From NCBI GenBank assembly GCA_029879765.1, contig JAOUPQ010000001.1:1-44396 (forward strand): a DNA stretch of 44,396 nucleotides. Direction: 5' to 3'. Under the pieces are notes generated by a model. That model made no database searches, was not told the origin of the DNA, and worked only from the letters and a program-made list of their open reading frames with translations. This DNA is from Nitrospinota bacterium (GTDB lineage Bacteria; Nitrospinota_A; UBA7883). Of the stretch, positions 43,197 to 44,396 are shown piece after piece (the first letter of the stretch is position 1; each line of letters begins with the position of its first letter). A program made the translations under genes and the position numbers.

Positions 43197-44063
43197 TCAG
43201 GCGGTTCCTTTTGCGGCGGAGACTATCATCGCCTCACCGGAGAAGCGGACGACCCCATCCGGGGATTCGAACTTTCTGACCTCATCCACAATGGCGTCCA
43301 TGGCTCGGGCGCGGGTTTCGTCATCCATCTTCTCCATGATGGCCCGCACCGGCGCCGCCATTTCCTTCATGTTGGAGATATAGAAGTCCAGCGAGGGGAA
43401 GGTCATCTCCACCGGCGCCGCTTCCTCCACCGCGTCCACAAACCCCGCCTCGGTCATCCTGGCCGCCAGCGCGCCAGGCTGGCCCTGGCTGAAGGGGCCT
43501 GGAGCGGAAGGGTCGGGCGAGGGGAGGGCGGTGAACTTTTGCAGCACCCTCATCGCCAGGGTGAAGGAGAGGTTCTTGTCCGCTGTCCCCCACACCGCCG
43601 CGGTGAACCTGGCGCCCGGCTTCAGGGCTCGGTGGATGCTCTTCAACGCGCCTGGCACGTCCGGCAGAAACATCAGGCAAAACCGGCTGGTGGCGGCGTC
43701 GAAGGTTTCCGAATCAAACGGGATATCCCCCGCGTGGCATGTGTGGAACTCTATATTGTCCAGCCCCTGGTTTTTGGCGCGGCGTCGGGCCACTTCCAGC
43801 ATCTTCTCCGCCACATCCACGCCCATCACGCGCCCCTCCGGCCCTGCGATCTTGGCCGCGGCCAGGGCAGGGTTGCCGGTGCCGCTGCCCAGATCCAACA
43901 CCTTATGTCCCGGCTGGATCCCCGCTCGCTGGATCAGGATCTGGTCAAAGTAGGCGAAGTTGTCCGCCAGCCACTGGTCGTATTTTTCCCAAGCGTTCGC
44001 CACGGCGTTCCAGTCATCGCGCTGCTTGTCGATATATTCCTTGTGATCCACATCATCCGTCAT
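43197..44063 (-). CDS. class I SAM-dependent methyltransferase
   Basis: Motif I VLDLGSGTGNPALAAA, post-I acidic GVDVAEKM, motif II-like FDAATSRFCLMF. Substrate unknown. Confidence 0.85.
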   Translation of the reverse strand: MTDDVDHKEYIDKQRDDWNAVANAWEKYDQWLADNFAYFDQILIQRAGIQPGHKVLDLGSGTGNPALAAAKIAGPEGRVMGVDVAEKMLEVARRRAKNQGLDNIEFHTCHAGDIPFDSETFDAATSRFCLMFLPDVPGALKSIHRALKPGARFTAAVWGTADKNLSFTLAMRVLQKFTALPSPDPSAPGPFSQGQPGALAARMTEAGFVDAVEEAAPVEMTFPSLDFYISNMKEMAAPVRAIMEKMDDETRARAMDAIVDEVRKFESPDGVVRFSGEAMIVSAAKGTA

Positions 44064-44105
44064 CGCCTGATCTCCATAAATGAGTCATATCTTCCCAGTC
44101 TACCA

Positions 44106-44396
44106 CTATTCCGGCTGCTCCGGCTTCCCTCCGTTGTCCGAGTTCATCTGCCTATAGAGGCTATAGCTCATCCACCCCAAGGCGCATACCCCCAGGATCA
44201 AAATGGCCCACAGGATAATGACCTTCCAGTCATACCCCGGCGCCTGGGGGCGAAGGGCGGCGTCTCCTCCCAGGGTGAACAGTCGCCCGATGGCGGCTTT
44301 TTTCACGCTGGTTTCATCCCTCTGCGCCTTTTGCAGCTTGTCCAGCAGGTTGGTGGTCTTTCCGCTGCATGAGGGATTCAAGGCGCTGGCGAAGGC
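44106..44396 (-). CDS. C-terminal fragment of a membrane-anchored protein (5' end outside window)
   Basis: The reverse frame stays open to the window edge beyond the tracked TTG at 44381. One TM near the C-terminus (VIILWAILILGVCALGWMSYSL). No family recognised. Confidence 0.4.
   Translation of the reverse strand, partial: AFASALNPSCSGKTTNLLDKLQKAQRDETSVKKAAIGRLFTLGGDAALRPQAPGYDWKVIILWAILILGVCALGWMSYSLYRQMNSDNGGKPEQPE

Overview
Gene-dense 44.4-kb chromosomal segment from a diderm (Gram-negative-type) bacterium. GC is moderately high by eye, and the lineage cannot be placed from sequence alone. I recognised no rRNA, tRNA, CRISPR array, transposase, integrase or phage gene. Content, left to right: (1) The 3' part of a very large multiheme c-type cytochrome made of tandem triheme modules, translationally coupled to a 418-aa outer-membrane (OM) beta-barrel. 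(2) tpx and an orphan receiver-GGDEF regulator. (3) A Cu/Ag-type HME-RND efflux operon: small secreted Cys/His protein, then cusC, cusB and cusA, with an unusual (MDHxx)n tail on CusB. (4) tusD-tusC-tusB (DsrEFH family). (5) A 464-bp AT-rich gap with a near-consensus sigma70 promoter, followed by a polysaccharide export locus: FecR-like secreted protein, OM beta-barrel, short OPX, PCP/BY-kinase, TPR-like protein and a Wzy_C/O-antigen-ligase-like protein. (6) DUF2065, a membrane-anchored alpha/beta hydrolase, tatB, a USP-like protein and a DASS/TrkA-C permease. (7) argS, a SPOR protein, a histidine phosphatase and tsaE. (8) A long co-directional cluster: lptC, lptA (fused to SPOR), lptB, rpoN, hpf, ptsN, EIIA-Man, HPr, EI, murJ, dtd. 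(9) An orphan 160-aa ORF, nusA-rimP, trpBA, a SAM methyltransferase and a truncated membrane protein. The best candidates for new biology are the cytochrome/beta-barrel pair (a possible non-canonical porin-cytochrome conduit), the MDH-repeat CusB with its Cys/His partner, the beta-barrel plus short-OPX export module headed by a FecR-like repeat protein, the LptA-SPOR fusion, and a perfect sigma54 -24/-12 motif overlapping the lptC start. All family assignments come from motif reading by eye, because no database search could be run.
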